Notes under the pieces: model-generated | What the model was told of the DNA's origin: nothing | Seen by the model: only the letters and a program-made list of their open reading frames with translations | Database searches by the model: none | Made by a program: the position numbers and the translations under genes | NCBI GenBank assembly: GCA_020137815.1 | Contig: CM035353.1 | Coordinates: forward strand, 5,084,001-5,148,000 | Direction: 5' to 3' | Origin: Hormiphora californensis | Taxonomy: Eukaryota; Animalia; Ctenophora | Length of the DNA: 64,000 bases | Shown: positions 52,635 to 64,000 of the stretch, piece by piece | How the letters are laid out: every line of letters begins with the position of its first letter | How positions within the stretch are numbered: position 1 is the stretch's first letter

Positions 52635-54127
52635 TTACCACCAATGCCACCAATGCTGATCTGGGTGCTTGTCATCTGAACTTTCCTCTGTCGCACTCTC
52701 CACTAATTCATCTTCCATCCCCTCAAATCCATCCATTTCAAACCGTTTTTTCATTTCCAACTCCAAAACCTCCCGTTTACCGTAATGCAGGTCGACCAGG
52801 GGCTGCAGAATCTCCTTATTGTAAGTGACCTCCCCGCAATTTAGTTGGCAATCTGAATTCCTCCCACTGATGCACCAGTTCTTTGTGTCTCCCTGGTATA
52901 CTCGCCCTGTTGTAACGTTAGTACAGCAGCACCAGAAGAAGTAGTCTGGTGTCCGCTGGGCATGGACCCGCCTTTGGACCCAATAGTAGTGCTCATTCGA
53001 GGGGTACGGGAGACAGTCTATCTTGTAGCTATTTAAAAACAGACCTCGCGAGATTTCCGCCTCCAGTTTACTGCGGACATCTAGCCATTCCTCTACCAAC
53101 GTACAATTGGTCTCCATCCTTTTAGGCCATGTGAAACACTTGCCGAATGCAAAGTTGTCCAAAACCGCTTCGCCAGTGGTTGTGACGCTAAAGTATTCTG
53201 CCCTATCAGCATTCCATTTGGTATTTACTGGAGGAACTCTTTCGACCACATTCACATTCGATCTACTTCCTCTGATGTTTTTGCTGACATTGTGAAAGCC
53301 ATATTGGAGGGGTTGTGCGTTGTACACAAACCACATGATCTGAGGCTGTTCGACTTTGAACCACAAATCAAATGTACCCCCTGCTTTGCATGGCGTTTCC
53401 AATGTCCCATTCTGGTATTCCACTATACGGTCCGTTTTACTTTTCCTTTCTGTGGGAGGAAAGTGTGTTTCGAAACGCGAACGTTTTATATTCGACCTCT
53501 AAAGCAGTAAAATGAGTTTTTTATTGCTTTATTGGAATAGGTACCTAAAGGCAAAAAAAAGCTTTTTTAAAAGTAAAACCTACATTATAATCATATAAGA
53601 ATAGTTTATACTCTATGTACCTGTTATGTATGAAGTAAAGGTGTTAGTGTTACAAAAAACTGTTGTTGAATAGATCAGGTTATTTTCTGCTGTGTAGTAT
53701 CCAGCTGAAGAAAGGTGGACTATATTTTTGTGATGTTATTAAAATTAAAATTCATATTGGAGCTAATCTGTGCAGGCTGGCTGTGAATTTATTTCGTTCG
53801 AGGGAGCGAGTGATAAACGACAATTTATAATTAATACATACCTGTAATTGTAGTCCCATCTCCCGCCGTAAACTTTTCAGAAAAGGTCCCAAAAGTGATG
53901 AAATTTAAATGTCTCGTTCTCCAGTAGGCTTTATCACTTGGATCGTGTGGAAGAGTGTACTCGTAAGACTGAAAATGAAATCAAAAATCAAAATATATTC
54001 ACACTACATTATACACTGCGTACTATACCGTAACGTTATCAAGCTGGACGTCAACATCACAAAGTAGCCCCTGTCCCGTAGCCACTATAAGTAGAACAAT
54101 AACCAAACGCTCCACTGGGCGTAGCAT
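52635..54127 (-). CDS. Uncharacterised secreted Cys-containing protein, paralog A, about 374 aa, 4 exons
   Basis: Exons 54127-54029 (MLRPVERLVIVLLIVATGQG signal), 53968-53842, 53704-53621 and 53449-52635 are phase-consistent and conserved with paralog B. Confidence 0.78.
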
Positions 54128-54435
54128 CGTAGATGAATTCTGCGAAATATCTCACGGAATAAATTTACTCAGCTCCCCGCTATATGGATGATAGAAATAC
54201 AGTCAAACCTTGATTCATAAAAACCCCTTCCCCCGACGCGATCGGACAATCAAAGTTGGATTTAACTGGACTGGAGAAACATATTCCACTCACAAGTCCT
54301 ATCAGAATATCATACTGCGGAAGCTCAGACTTATGTCAGGCTAGCTACTCTTTGGGTAACTCAAATCAAAAGCTACGGACCTCCTTAAAATTAGCATCGG
54401 TGAGCCGATCGGACTCACGGTGCTGCAATTTTAGT

Positions 54436-54786
54436 GTGACAAGGAGAGGTGTGACAAGGGGAGGTGTGACAAGGAGAGGTGTGACAAGGAGAGGTGTGAC
54501 ATAGGGAGGTGTGACAAGGAAAGGTGTGACAAGGAGAGGTGTGACATAGGGGGAGGTGTGACATAAGGGGAGGTGTGACATAAGGGGAGGTGTGACATAA
54601 GGGGAGGTGTGACAAGGGGAGGTGTGACAAGGGGAGGTGTGACAAGGGGAAGTGTGACAAGGGGAGGTGTGACAAGGGGAGGTGAGACAAGGGGAGGTGT
54701 GACAAGGGGAGGTGTGACAAGGGGAGGTATGACAAGGGGGGGGGTGAGACAAGGGGAGGTATGACAAGGGGAGGTGTGACAAGGGA
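54436..54786. repeat. 15-bp minisatellite GTGACAAGGGGAGGT (about 23 units)
   Basis: Direct tandem repeat. Confidence 0.95.
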
Positions 54787-56091
54787 AGTCTGGGGAGCAA
54801 AAAGATAAACTAAAGCTGCTATACAATAATGACTATGTTGACCACCATCGGAATGCTTATTTCAACTCGATACTAAACTTAGAAATTCCCCAGACAATTT
54901 TGGGACAATTTTAGAAAATATATCACATTTATATGTTCACTGTCCTTGTAAAACTAAAGGTATCGTGCAAATCTTAGGCCTCATGAAACATTAATGTAGT
55001 AGCCTAATATATCTATTCCTTTTACCATTTTACACTACGGCTCCCCCCACATGAGAGGGTACGAGGAATATTATGAATATTAATAAATACAAAATTAAAT
55101 GGGTGAATAAACGCCTGCTAAAGGTATAACAGAAGGTATAATAAAAGTCCGTTTTGGCCACCTTGTATTATATGTAGACACATGTGCAAGATCGAAGTCG
55201 TGCAGCAACTGAGATTGATCTCACACGAAGCGAGAATAGGTGGTAATTGATAGAGATTTGTTGGCTATTCTGGAGCTCCATTCTAGTAGAGTTCCCCCTA
55301 TACTAGATCAGGTAATATTACAGTGTAGCAAATGACTCTGGAGGGTGAACCGGACATATGCGGTAGATAATACAGTCGGAGTGTCGGACCCCCCGGTATA
55401 TCGGGGTCCGAATATACAGTTAGTATAGTGATACAAGTTACGAAACAAGCGAGCTCCTTCGCGAGCTGGAAAGGCCGTCGAGGTTTTAAATTCATTACTT
55501 ATGATTTAGGCACATCGCGCAATCCCGGCCCCTGTTATAGCTACATGGAGGTAGTTGTGCCACCCTAATGCCAATGCCAAACCAATGATGCACATGATCG
55601 CTTCAGAGCAACTTGCATGATTATGGAAATGGTTTAGATATCTTTTATAAGTATCTTTAACAAATGTATCCGTAACTCCACTGAATAGATCTCTGTGATC
55701 GAAACATTAATTTGGAACCAACTTGTTTCACTTTGTTGCTGCTCTCGGTTCTTAATTGGATCGATTGAGCTCTCTCGTGCTGAATCGACACGCATTATTT
55801 CTAAGCGTACTGTCCCGGTCCGTTATGAAATTGATTGATTTTCAATATGACATGTGACATCAAGAAAACTATAGTTGATCAACTAAAACTAACTTAAGAC
55901 ACCTAATCAATTAGCAAGACTTAAAACAATTTTGCTAAACTAAAAGATAAACTGACAAAATTATTCTTTATCGCTCACACCTTTGTTCTCTTTCGCCATG
56001 GGTAGATATTTCTCTCTCTCTCTCTCTCGAGATAGGAGGAGAGAGATAGAGAGCCAAAGGATGATAGGTCAGAGCGCGATATCTCTCTCTC

Positions 56092-56141
<50 letters not shown>

Positions 56142-56144
56142 CCC

Positions 56145-56185
<41 letters not shown>

Positions 56186-56890
56186 CTCTCTCCTCATAGT
56201 TCCTTACTAATGCTGATCCGGGTGCTTGTCATCTGAACTTTCCTCTGTCGCACTCTCTACTAATTCATATTTCTCCCTGATCATCCCCTCATTCATCTCA
56301 AACCGTTTTTTCATTTCCAACTCCAAAACCTCCCGTTTACCGTAATGTAGGTCTACCAGGGGCTGCAGAATCTCCTTATCGTATGTGACTGCATTGCAAT
56401 TCAGCTTGCTGTAACCCATACTTAAAGAATTGCCATAAGTATCCTCGCAGTAGTTCTCTGTGTCCTCGTTGTACACTCGCCCAGTGGTAATATTAGTGCA
56501 ACAACGCCAGTAATATTGACCTGATTTTCGCTGCGCATGGACCCTTCGCTGGATCCAGTAATAATACTGATTACCGGGATATGGGAGGCACTGTATGTCG
56601 TAATCTGGTAGAAATAGTCCTCTCCCAATATGTGCATCTATCTTCATGCGGCTTTCTAGCCATTCACTCACTAAAGTGCAATTGCTGCCCAGCTTCCTTG
56701 GCCATGTGTAGCATTTTCCAAAGTCAAATTGGTCCAAAACCGCAGAGCCAGTGGTTTCGATTCTAAAGTATTTTGCCATTCTGCCACTCCGTTTAGAATT
56801 AATTCGAGTAAGTCTTTCTTTTATCAGTTTGATATCTTCGGGAATTTTTGTCTTATCTTTGTAGGGTCCTCTTTTACACTTTCCACTCTT

Positions 56891-57423
56891 CCCCCATAGA
56901 AATTTCGCGCGGAGGAACCTGCATCCTCCAGCCTTTTCGTCACCCGAATGAAGGTGATTATCCAAGAAGAAACTAGCTAAAGTCCTGGAGAAAACAGGCA
57001 TTCGTGCAGTCATTGTCTACTGCCGCGTTCCCCCTTTCAACTTTGTCTGGTGTATCTCAAAAAGTATTTAACTTACAGACTCCCAAAAAACGGGAGGTAA
57101 CATGATATTGTAGAAAATATAATACTATCTGGGTTTTATTTAGATTAATGCACAGATACATAGCTATAGTTAGTGACACTTGGTGTCATAATTTTCTCCC
57201 ATTGTTGTAGGTATTCACTTGACAGCTACCCCCTCTTTCTCTCCCATTCTCGCCCCTCTCCAGTCAGACAGTGTTGACAGGGGGAACGCGGCAGTAGACA
57301 ATCACTGCACGAATGCCTGTTTTCTCCAGGACTTTAGCTAGTTTCTTCTTGGATAATCACCTTCATTCGGGTGACGAAAAGGCTGGAGGATGCAGGTTCC
57401 TCCGCGCGAAATTCCTATGGGGG
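56891..57423. mobile_element. MITE with about 145-bp TIRs, CCCCCATAG ends and 2-bp TT duplication (CMC/EnSpm-like)
   Basis: 56891-57035 is the reverse complement of about 57279-57423, with TT on both flanks. Confidence 0.85.
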
Positions 57424-58742
57424 TTCCTGTCGCATTTGGTGACCAAGTGAGTGCCATATTGGAGACGCTGTGCGTTGTACATAAACCACATGGTCTGAGG
57501 CTGTTCGACTTTGAACCACATATCAAATGTACCCCCTGCTTTGCATGGCGTTTCCAATGTCCCATTCTGATATTCCACTATACGGTCCGGTTCACTGTAC
57601 TCGTTCCGTTCTGAAAAGAGTTTGCTTTAGTGTGGGCCCTTTAGTGTGTTTCAAAGACGTGACTATGACGTAGTCGAGATTCTAAAACATTTAATTATAT
57701 TTTTTTGTATTAGCAGAATATCTAAATGACTCAAATAGAATTCTATTTGTTCGTTATCGTCCTAAATTTTTTACTTCTATAGAAGTAAAATATTTGAGGA
57801 CGATAACTTTACCCATTTCCCGCACCGTAGCGGCATTATATAGACCCTTAGCTACCACATACAAGTGGTGGTTTCTTTCAGCCATCGAATTCGTGTTAAA
57901 AGTTCACCAGGCACGCCGTGCCCTAACCTTGAACTCAAATAACGGCCCTAACACTTCTAAATAAATGAGCAAACTCTCATAAATCGGGGTTCCGGAGAAT
58001 CTAGTTCCGACTGTGATAATTTTCTTTGGTATCTAATCACAGTGTGATTAGGTACCAAAGAAAATACCAAAGAAAATACCAAAGAAAATACCAAAGAAAA
58101 TCATGTTCGAGTTTTCATCAAAATCGAGGCTGTTCTCTCTCACTTTTTAAAGAGTAGTTTATACCTGTTACGTATGAAGTAAAGGTATTATTGTCACAAA
58201 AGACTGTTGTCGAATAGATCAGGTTGTTTTCGGCTGTGTAATATCCAGCTGAAGAAGGGTGTAGTTATTTGATGTTATTTTTTTAAACCGATAAATACTA
58301 GAAGAGGCCCGACGGAGCGAGTACGAGTAGAAGCCGATAAGGGTCGATCTACTTCGACTTTTCTCGCAAATTGTCGTAAAAATGCCGAAGGAAAGACTTC
58401 GAAGATGTTCAGTTCTGCTTTAGAATAGAAGTGCTGCTGCATTGCTGTTGACATTACAAATTACAAAGGAGAGTTTATATTGTCTTGCCTGTAATTGTAG
58501 TCCCATCTCCCGCCTTAAAGTCTTCAGAAAAGGACCCAAAAGTGACATAATTTAAATGACTCGACCTCCAATATCCGTCATTATAAACATCCCTTAGATC
58601 GTGTGGAACAGTGAACTCGTGAGACTGAAATCGAAAATGAAATCAATGCAACGCCATAATATATAATAGCCCTAACTTGGATTACCTAAAATTAACGTCA
58701 AAAAGTTTCGAGTTATTATAATGCTGGTCTAAAATTTATGTA

Positions 58743-59588
58743 CAGTCGGACCCCGATTTAGTGGCATCCTCGGGGAAAAAAATCCTGCCACTAAATCGGG
58801 GTGCCACTAAATCAGGGTGAGCCATATTTGGCCCATAAAAACCTTTTTTATGCCCGAAATGCTGTACTAAGACACCTCTAACTGTTATATGCAATATTCG
58901 TGTATTGATGACCTGATCATTTCTGATTAGAAAAAGAAAACTATAAAATAAATTTTTCAAAAAAAAAGTGAAAAAAAGTGAAACCAGCCCATCCGATTTC
59001 TGTTTCGAATCGGTACAGCTTATTGGATGTCCTGTTGCTAATTAGCGGGTTCGAAACGAACCGATACGTGATACCATGCCGAATCGGGGCACCCTAAGCG
59101 GGTGAGGAAGTATCAAAATTTCAAAATAACTTTTTCTCTCAAAATTTATGGGGAGCACCGATCAAAGCATTGACAATCGTATTGTAAAATTTTGCAAAAA
59201 AACGTTTTAGATTTTTTTAAAGGTATACCAGCCACGTCCGAATCGAGTTTCGAATCGGTGCATCTTATCGCATGTCCTGCTGCTAATTAGACGATTCGGA
59301 ACGAACCGATACGTGATCCCCATGGGGCCATTGAATCACATGTTTACCAAGCGTCAAAATTTCGATTCGATGGGGATCACGTTTCGGTTCGTTCCGAACC
59401 GTCTTATTAGCAGCAGGACATGCGATAAGATGCACCGATTCGAAACACGATTCGGACGTGGCTGGTATTCCTTAGAAAAATTTTCAAAAAAAATTCACAA
59501 AAATATTCAAAAAATTTTTGGGGGAAAAAATCCTGCCACTAAATCGGGGTGCCACTAAATCGGGGGCCACTAAATCGGGGTCCGACTG
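58743..59588. mobile_element. Longer pogo/Tc1-type MITE (CAGTCGGACCCCGATTTAGTGG TIR, TA duplication) in intron 1 of paralog B
   Basis: TA|CAGTCGGACCCCGATTTAGTGG...CCACTAAATCGGGGTCCGACTG|TA, with internal palindromes. Confidence 0.85.
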
Positions 59589-62088
59589 TACCGAAATTAA
59601 TGTATATAATTTACCCTCCGACGTTAATTTTAGGTCGCCTTATATTGCGTTTTTTCGTACCTACCGTAACGTTATCAAGCACGTCTTCTACATCACAAAG
59701 TAGCCCCTGTCCCGTAGCCACTACAAGTAGAACAATAACCAAACGCTCCACTGGGCGTAGCATCGTAGATAAATTCTACAAAAATCTACCAGAATCGGCC
59801 TGCTCTGCGCTATATTGATAATAGATATATTAAAACGATTATTTTACTGGTAACCACCTATCTAAACTCTAAAGACGAACAGAATGAATTGGGCCTCTAA
59901 ATTATAAGAGTTTTCCAAAGTTGAAATGGAGAAGGACAATAATTATGATCGTAACATGGACCATCGGGTGGCTCTATTCCTCTCCAAAATGTGGCAATTT
60001 AACAATCAAAGGTCGAGAGTTAGTTTATAACCCCCTCATTTTGTTTCGCTGAAGCAGCAATGTTATATAAACGCAAATTGTTGAATTAGTTCTAAGCGTT
60101 CTAAACGCCCCATAGAGATTCTATGATGCACAAAGCATATCATTACGACTAGGACTGGGGTATCATATTGGATCAGCCGCACCCCAAAAAGAATAAAGAT
60201 ATTATATTTTGAGTCAATCTGATATGACGATATCACTGCGCTGGCAAGCGCAAAGGTGGCCCCATCCCCTCCCCCCTAAAACTTTTCCCAAAAAAGTGGG
60301 CCCGCTTGCCAACAGCGTAGATATAACAATTTTGAAGTTTTAGCCCATTTTGGCACTTTTCGACCCCTCCTAACTCCGGAACCAGATGAGCTAGGAGGCT
60401 GAAATTTGGTACTAAGAAGCTTCACATAGACCTCTACTGACGGTAAAAATTTCAAGTAGCTAGCTCATTCCGGTCGCAAGTTATGACACCACCCCCAAAA
60501 CAGAAAATTCAGTGTGGCGATAGGTATATCACTGCGCTGGCAAGCGCAAAGGTGGCCCCATCCCCGAAACGAACCGATACGTGATACCATGCCGAATCGG
60601 GGCACCCTAAGCGGGTGAGGAAGTATCAAAATTTCAAAATAACTTTTTCTCTCAAAATTTATGGGGAGCACCGATCAAAGCATTGACAATCGTATTGTAA
60701 AATTTTGCAAAAAAACGTTTTAGATTTTTTTAAAGGTATACCAGCCACGTCCAAATCGAGTTTCGAATTGGTGCATCTTATCGCATGTCCTGCTGCTAAT
60801 TAGACGATTCGGAACGAACCGATACGTGATCCCCATGGGGCCATTGAATCACATGTTTACCAAGCGTCAAAATTTCGATTCGATGGGGATCACGTTTCGG
60901 TTCGTTCCGAACCGTCTTATTAGCAGCAGGACATGCGATAAGATGCACCGATTCGAAACACGATTCGGACGTGGCTGGTATTCCTTAGAAAAATTTTCAA
61001 AAAAATTTTCAAAAAAATTCACAAAAATATTCAAAAAATTTTTGGGGGAAAAAATCCTGCCACTAAATCGGGGTGCCACTAAATCGGGGGCCACTAAATC
61101 GGGGTCCGACTGTACCGAAATTAATGTATATAATTTACCCTCCGACGTTAATTTTAGGTCGCCTTATATTGCGTTTTTTCGTACCTACCGTAACGTTATC
61201 AAGCACGTCTTCTACATCACAAAGTAGCCCCTGTCCCGTAGCCACTACAAGTAGAACAATAACCAAACGCTCCACTGGGCGTAGCATCGTAGATAAATTC
61301 TGCAAAAATCTACCAGAATCGGCCTGCTCTGCGCTATATTGATAATAGATATATTAAAACGATTATTTTACTGGTAACCACCTATCTAAACTCTAAAGAC
61401 GAACAGAATGAATTGGGCCTCTAAATTATAAGAGTTTTCCAAAGTTGAAATGGAGAAGGACAATAATTATGATCGTAACATGGACCATCGGGTGGCTCTA
61501 TTCCTCTCCAAAATGTGGCAATTTAACAATCAAAGGTCGAGAGTTAGTTTATAACCCCCCCATTTTGTTTCGCTGAAGCAGCAATGTTATATAAACGCAA
61601 ATTGTTGAATAAGTTCTAAGCGTTCTAAACGCCCCATAGAGATTCTATGATGCACAAAGCATATCATTACGACTAGGACTGGGGTATCATATTGGATCAG
61701 CCGCACCCCAAAAAGAATAAAGATATTATATTTTGAGTCAATCTGATATGACGATATCACTGCGCTGGCAAGCGCAAAGGTGGCCCCATCCCCTCCCCCC
61801 TAAAACTTTTCCCAAAAAAGTGGGCCCGCTTGCCAACAGCGTAGATATAACAATTTTGAAGTTTTAGCCCATTTTGGCACTTTTCGACCCCTCCTAACTC
61901 CGGAACCAGATGAGCTAGGAGGCTGAAATTTGGTACTAAGAAGCTTCACATAGACCTCTACTGACGGTAAAAATTTCAAGTAGCTAGCTCATTCCGGTCG
62001 CAAGTTATGACACCACCCCCAAAACAGAAAATTCAGTGTGGCGATAGGTATATCACTGCGCTGGCAAGCGCAAAGGTGGCCCCATCCC
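59052..62088. repeat. Tandem duplication of about 1.5 kb (59052-60564 / 60565-62088) including exon 1 of paralog B
   Basis: Near-identical ORF-track peptides at offsets 1513 and 1524; a few SNPs and an 11-nt indel distinguish the copies. Confidence 0.9.
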
Positions 62089-63525
62089 CTCCCCCCTAAA
62101 ACTTTTCCCGAAAAAGTGGGCCCGCTTGCCAACAGCGTAGATATAACAATTTTGAAGTTTTAGCCCATTTTGGCACTTTTCGACCCCTCCTAACTCCGGA
62201 ACCAGATGAGCTAGGAGGCTGAAATTTGGTACTAAGAAGCTTCACATAGACCTCTACTGACGGTAAAAATTTCAAGTAGCTAGCTCATTCCGGTCGCAAG
62301 TTATGACACCACCCCCAAAACAGAAAATTCAGTGTGGCGATAGGTATATCACTGCGCTGGCAAGCGCAAAGGTGGCCCCATCCCCTCCCCCCTAAAACTT
62401 TTCCCGAAAAAGTGGGCCCGCTTGCCAACAGCGTAGATATAACAATTTTGAAGTTTTAGCCCATTTTGGCACTTTTCGACCCCTCCTAACTCCGGAACCA
62501 GATGAGCTAGGAGGCTGAAATTTGGTACTAAGAAGCTTCACATAGACCTCTACTGACGGTAAAAATTTCAAGTAGCTAGCTCATTCCGGTCGCAAGTTAT
62601 GACACCACCCCCAAAACAGAAAATTCAGTGTGGCGATAGGTATATAGATAGATACATATATATATATATATATATAGATACATATATATATATATAGATA
62701 GATATAGACGCTTCACTGTGTAACACTTGTAGCCCGAACCATACTAGCTAGAGACTTGAACCAAGTTTTATCCGTTAGGAAATCGTTCGGGGCATGCATT
62801 AGTTAAGGTTTCAAGTGAAAATGTCCACTATGACGGGCGTAATGACGTCACAAAGTGACCAAATATTTTCAAACGCCTCTAGCACCCTCAAGACATTTTC
62901 CAATTCCTGATTTGACGCAAAATCGTTGGTGGGAAATTGTCTGAACTTTCAGATACTATATTGCAAATTTTTCTAACTTGTCATTTTCAGACCTTAAAAC
63001 GCGTCGGAACTCAAAAATTTGATGTGAAAATCCACAGAAAAACTCACATTTCGTGCAATAACTTCAGTTCTTAACTACCATGGCCTTTAAAACTTTTCAC
63101 ACGTTTAGTGCTTCATTGGCCGAATAGTCTGTCATAATTTTTTTACGTCGTCGTGACGTCACGTGTGACGTCACGACGTCAAAACGACGTCGAATTTTAA
63201 AAATTTCGTCAAATCAGTTTCATACAACCCAGGTACATTTGAATTACATTTGATGCACTTTAGTTGACAAATAGCTCATAAATGACCTCAAACGACCAAA
63301 AAAGATTACAAATTTAGAGCAAAAACTAATTGAAATTAGTTTGCCAGAAAGGTGGCCCATTTTGAACTTACTCCTTCATTTCCGCCACCTTTGAGTTGAA
63401 GGCGGAAAAGTTTAAGGATACCTCAATGTCTTTGAAGTCTCAACTCAAAGGTGACGGAAATGAAGGAGTAAGTTCAAAATGGGCCACCTTTCTGGCGAAC
63501 TAATTTCAATTAGTTTTTGCTCTAA

Positions 63526-63568
<43 letters not shown>

Positions 63569-64000
63569 TAGACGCTTCACTGTGTAACACTTGTAGCTCG
63601 AACCATACTAGCTAGAGACTTGAACCAAGTTTTATCCGTTAGGAAATCGTTCGGGGCATGCATTAGTTAAGATTTCAAGTGAAAATGTCCACTATGACGG
63701 GCGTAATGACGTCACAAAGTGACGTCATTGAAAAATCTCAGACCAAATATTTTCAAACGCCTCTAGCACCCTCAAGACATTTTCCAATTCCTGATTTGAC
63801 GCAAAATCGTCAGTGGCAAATTGTCTGAACTTTCAGATACTATATCACAAATTTTTCTAACTTGTCATTTTCAGACCTTAAAACGCGTCGGAACTCAAAA
63901 ATTTGATGTGAAAATCCACATACAAACTCACAATTCGTGCAATAACTTCAGTTCTTGACTACCATGGCCTTTAAAACTTTTCACACGTTTAGTGCTTCAT
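60232..64000 (-). mobile_element. Helentron/DINE-1-like array with about 290-bp tandem terminal modules and a further partial copy at the window end
   Basis: ATCACTGCGCTGGCAAGCGCAAAGGTGGCCCC recurs at about 60233, 60528, 61756, 62052 and 62338. A long inverted repeat at 63313-63526 contains AAAGGTGGCCC/GGGCCACCTTT, and 62700-63112 is repeated at about 63565-64000. Confidence 0.72.

Larger units (their letters stand above)
56207..59763 (-). pseudogene. Uncharacterised secreted protein, paralog B, with exon 4 interrupted by a MITE
   Basis: Exons 59763-59665, 58624-58489 (GC donor), 58248-58165 and 57610-56207. Removing 56891-57423 plus a 2-bp duplication restores ...KCDRKSGKC... in frame. Confidence 0.72.

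Noticed and set aside
54256-54826. CHTSP/SHLPL/VTPPL repeat ORFs
   Set aside because: All frames of a 15-bp minisatellite are open and there is no splice or start context.

Overview
Eukaryotic, intron-rich animal DNA. The many nested genes, the splice acceptors just before start codons and the LRR-less LDLa-GPCR suggest a ctenophore-type genome; this is an inference. Minus-strand genes: an ATP9/NEO1 flippase (14 exons traced, 20008 to 4234, continuing out of the window) that hosts RBM19 and an intronless LDLa-GPCR in its introns; three Cys-rich single-pass membrane paralogs with PTAP/PPxY tails; a compact TASOR/TEX15-like DUF3715 (pseudo-PARP)+SPOC gene; a TRPC-like channel; and two paralogs of an unknown secreted protein. 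Plus-strand genes: a secreted Sushi/CCP protein (antisense inside an ATP9 intron) and laminin-EGF exons. The main mobile feature is a head-to-tail pair of divergent RTEX-like LINEs, each bounded by (CA)n tracts. They share a covarying GNRA 3' stem-loop and an (AAACCGTGTC)3-(CA)n tail, and one is split by a piggyBac-like element that itself carries a third LINE. Also present are Helentron/DINE-1-like elements, several MITE families, and tandem repeats built from exon-intron junctions, including about 33 copies of an ATP9 splice donor. Several single-base insertions in conserved ORFs and two noisy tracts point to an imperfectly polished long-read assembly.
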